Below are positions 25,564 through 27,370 of a stretch of 27,370 nt of DNA, piece after piece. The notes under the pieces are model-generated. The model was not told the origin of the DNA, ran no database searches, and saw nothing but the letters and a program-made list of their open reading frames with translations. The position numbers were made by a program, and so were the translations under genes. Each line of letters starts with the position of its first letter. The first letter of the stretch is position 1. Source of the stretch: Candidatus Thorarchaeota archaeon (GTDB taxonomy: Archaea > Asgardarchaeota > Thorarchaeia > Thorarchaeales > Thorarchaeaceae). The stretch is from assembly GCA_048882485.1 (NCBI GenBank), contig JBHLRP010000046.1, positions 1 to 27,370 of the forward strand. The letters are read 5' to 3'.

Positions 25564-27329
25564 CAAGCAGTACCTCCCTTGGGCTCCATAGGGGGACATA
25601 GAAACGCCTCAACCATTGCCAAGATCTGGTCATCGGTTGAATGAAGCATCATGATGGCGGAGCTTGGACACGCAGCAGCGCAAGTCCCACATCCATGACA
25701 TTTCGCTTCGGTCACAAATGCTATCGGCGGGTCGTGAGATTCATCCATAGCTATGGCTCCATATGGGCATGCTGAGATGCAGGTGTGACAAGAAGAGCAG
25801 AGCTCTGGGGTCACTCGCGATACTGTGGCTTCAATCTCCACCTCTCCACGAGCCATCAGACCTACTGCCTTTGCAGCTGCCCCACTTGCGTCAGTTATCG
25901 CCTCAGCGGCACTCTTTGCCGCTTGGGCACCACCAGCTATCATAACGCCGGCGGTGTGAGTGGTGAGTGGAGCTAGCTTCACATGCTCAGGATTGAAGAA
26001 GCCATCAGGACTTCTAGTGAGGCTAAAGACCTTTGAAACATCTTCAGATCCCTCAGGCGGAACCATCGCAGAGGCCAATACCAGCAGGTCTGGCTTCAGC
26101 ACCAAGTCATCGTCTGAGAATACGTCATGCCAATGTAAGACAAGCTCTCCATCAACGACTTCTGGCCGTGGTTTTTGCCCAGGCGGAAACTTGCTATAGA
26201 TGACATGCTTGGCCCTTGCTTCTCTATGAATCGCTTCATGCCCCTTGCCGTAGGTCCGGAGGTCTTCGTAGAGTATGAGTATCTCTTCGGTATCATCCTT
26301 GAGCTCAGCTGCAGACTTTGCAATTGCAGTGCAGCACACTCTCGAGCAATGCTCGTGTCCCTTTACGCCAGCCTCACGTGAGCCCACACAGCCAATGAAC
26401 GCTACCGTCTTTGGCGCTTTGCCATCACTTGGCTTCAACACCTCTCCTTTGAGTCGCATCTCCTCTAGCTCTGATAGTGTCACGATGTCGGGATGCTCCC
26501 CATAGGAATAGTATCCATCTGGCTTGAAGGGTTGGATTCCTGTGGCCACAATTATAGTTCCTACTCTATAGGTTGCATCTTTCCCGTTTGTGTTTACTGT
26601 AATGTCAAAGTTGCCGATATACCCATCAAGCTCAGTGACAGTTGAGTCTGTCAACATCTTGATCTTGTCATGTTTCTGGATTCGCTTAATCAGCTGATCC
26701 GCCAGAACGTCTCCCTTCTCATTAGTTGGGTAGACACTCGCTAGCTTTGCTACCTGTCCCCCGAGCTTCGATTCACGCTCGACAAGTATTGCATCAAAGC
26801 CTCGATCGGCGATATCAAGAGCGGCACGCATACCCGTGACTCCGCCTCCTACAATCAGGGTAATTGGTGCCACCTCAACGCTCTTGACTGGCAATGCCTC
26901 AAGAAGCGCAGCACGTGCAACTGACATTCTCACAAGATCCTTAGCCTTTTCTGTCGCCTCCTCCGGTTGCCGCATATGGCACCAAGACACATGTTCTCGG
27001 AGATTGACCTGATCGAATAGGTATCGATTTACATCTGCTTCCTCGACCACTCTCCTAAACGTAGGCTCGTGCATTCTCGGGCTACAGCTCGCTACAACCA
27101 CGCGGTTCAGATTATACTCCTTGATACTGTCCTTGATGAGCTGCTGTCCAGAGTCCGCACACATGAACATGGTTGTCGTCGAGAACGCGACATGAGGCAA
27201 GCTCTCCGCGCTATTGGCTACAGCCTCCACATCCACAGTTCCAGCAATATTGTGCCCGCACATGCAGACGAATACGCCAATTCTTGGCACTACAGCTGCA
27301 GCATCTATTCCAGCTTCTGCTTCAGTCAC
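25563..27329 (-). CDS. hdrA: Heterodisulfide reductase subunit A-like flavoprotein (short form, 588 aa)
   Basis: 'IGVFVCMCG.NIAG', 'ASCSPRMHE.TF', 'NLREHVSW.H', GGGVTG, 'CVGSRE...CSRVCC', 'H.KL.P' and two C-terminal CxxCxxCxxxCP. GGAGGTGA RBS before the GTG start. Confidence 0.9.
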   Translation of the reverse strand: MTEAEAGIDAAAVVPRIGVFVCMCGHNIAGTVDVEAVANSAESLPHVAFSTTTMFMCADSGQQLIKDSIKEYNLNRVVVASCSPRMHEPTFRRVVEEADVNRYLFDQVNLREHVSWCHMRQPEEATEKAKDLVRMSVARAALLEALPVKSVEVAPITLIVGGGVTGMRAALDIADRGFDAILVERESKLGGQVAKLASVYPTNEKGDVLADQLIKRIQKHDKIKMLTDSTVTELDGYIGNFDITVNTNGKDATYRVGTIIVATGIQPFKPDGYYSYGEHPDIVTLSELEEMRLKGEVLKPSDGKAPKTVAFIGCVGSREAGVKGHEHCSRVCCTAIAKSAAELKDDTEEILILYEDLRTYGKGHEAIHREARAKHVIYSKFPPGQKPRPEVVDGELVLHWHDVFSDDDLVLKPDLLVLASAMVPPEGSEDVSKVFSLTRSPDGFFNPEHVKLAPLTTHTAGVMIAGGAQAAKSAAEAITDASGAAAKAVGLMARGEVEIEATVSRVTPELCSSCHTCISACPYGAIAMDESHDPPIAFVTEAKCHGCGTCAAACPSSAIMMLHSTDDQILAMVEAFLCPPMEPKGGTA

Positions 27330-27370
27330 TTTACTTCACCTCCCCTCGAGAGGACAATAGTTGCCCTCAT
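27326..27370 (-). CDS. 3' end of the upstream operon gene (possibly another HdrA-like polypeptide), truncated by the window edge
   Basis: Open frame ...MRATIVLSRGGEVK*, whose TGA overlaps the hdrA GTG (GTGA coupling). Identity is a guess from only 14 residues. Confidence 0.5.
   Translation of the reverse strand: MRATIVLSRGGEVK

Noticed and set aside
25563-25565. TGA stops of hdrA, mvhD and vhuG as additional Sec codons
   Set aside because: Each overlaps the next start codon (TGATG/ATGA coupling) at the natural protein end and does not align with a conserved Cys.
43-26505. Numerous 60-155 aa ORFs antisense to or nested in the long genes
   Set aside because: Shadow ORFs of well-supported CDSs with no independent evidence.

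Overview
Archaeal chromosomal window, most consistent with an Asgard archaeon (Thorarchaeota-like). This is inferred from the eukaryote-type SECIS, the Vhu/Hdr genes and the tandem Lrp regulators. The right end is a minus-strand electron-bifurcation operon: hdrA-like, vhuD, a small wHTH gene, vhuG, vhuA, and a vhuU gene missing from the ORF track. vhuU (22478-22642) has an in-frame UGA read as selenocysteine and is followed by a eukaryote-like SECIS whose AUGA core contains the vhuU stop codon. The most striking structure is a ~140-bp module (last ~18 codons of vhuU, SECIS, auxiliary hairpin, U-rich tail) present three times in direct orientation (22393-22536, 21233-21376, ~18645-18786). The copies differ by synonymous and base-pair-compensating changes and bracket unrelated cargo genes: an AT-rich alpha/beta hydrolase, a surface metzincin protease and then a divergent subtilase. 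This resembles a tandem cassette array integrated at a selenoprotein/SECIS attachment site, with no integrase in the window. The rest of the window holds a DUF362 fragment, a membrane-anchored gingipain-like C25 protease, an orphan ORF, a TPR protein, a large HdrA-GltD (HdrL-like) fusion, two tandem-Lrp regulators, a CAAX-type protease, an SDR/CrtI-like pair and an Isf-like flavodoxin.
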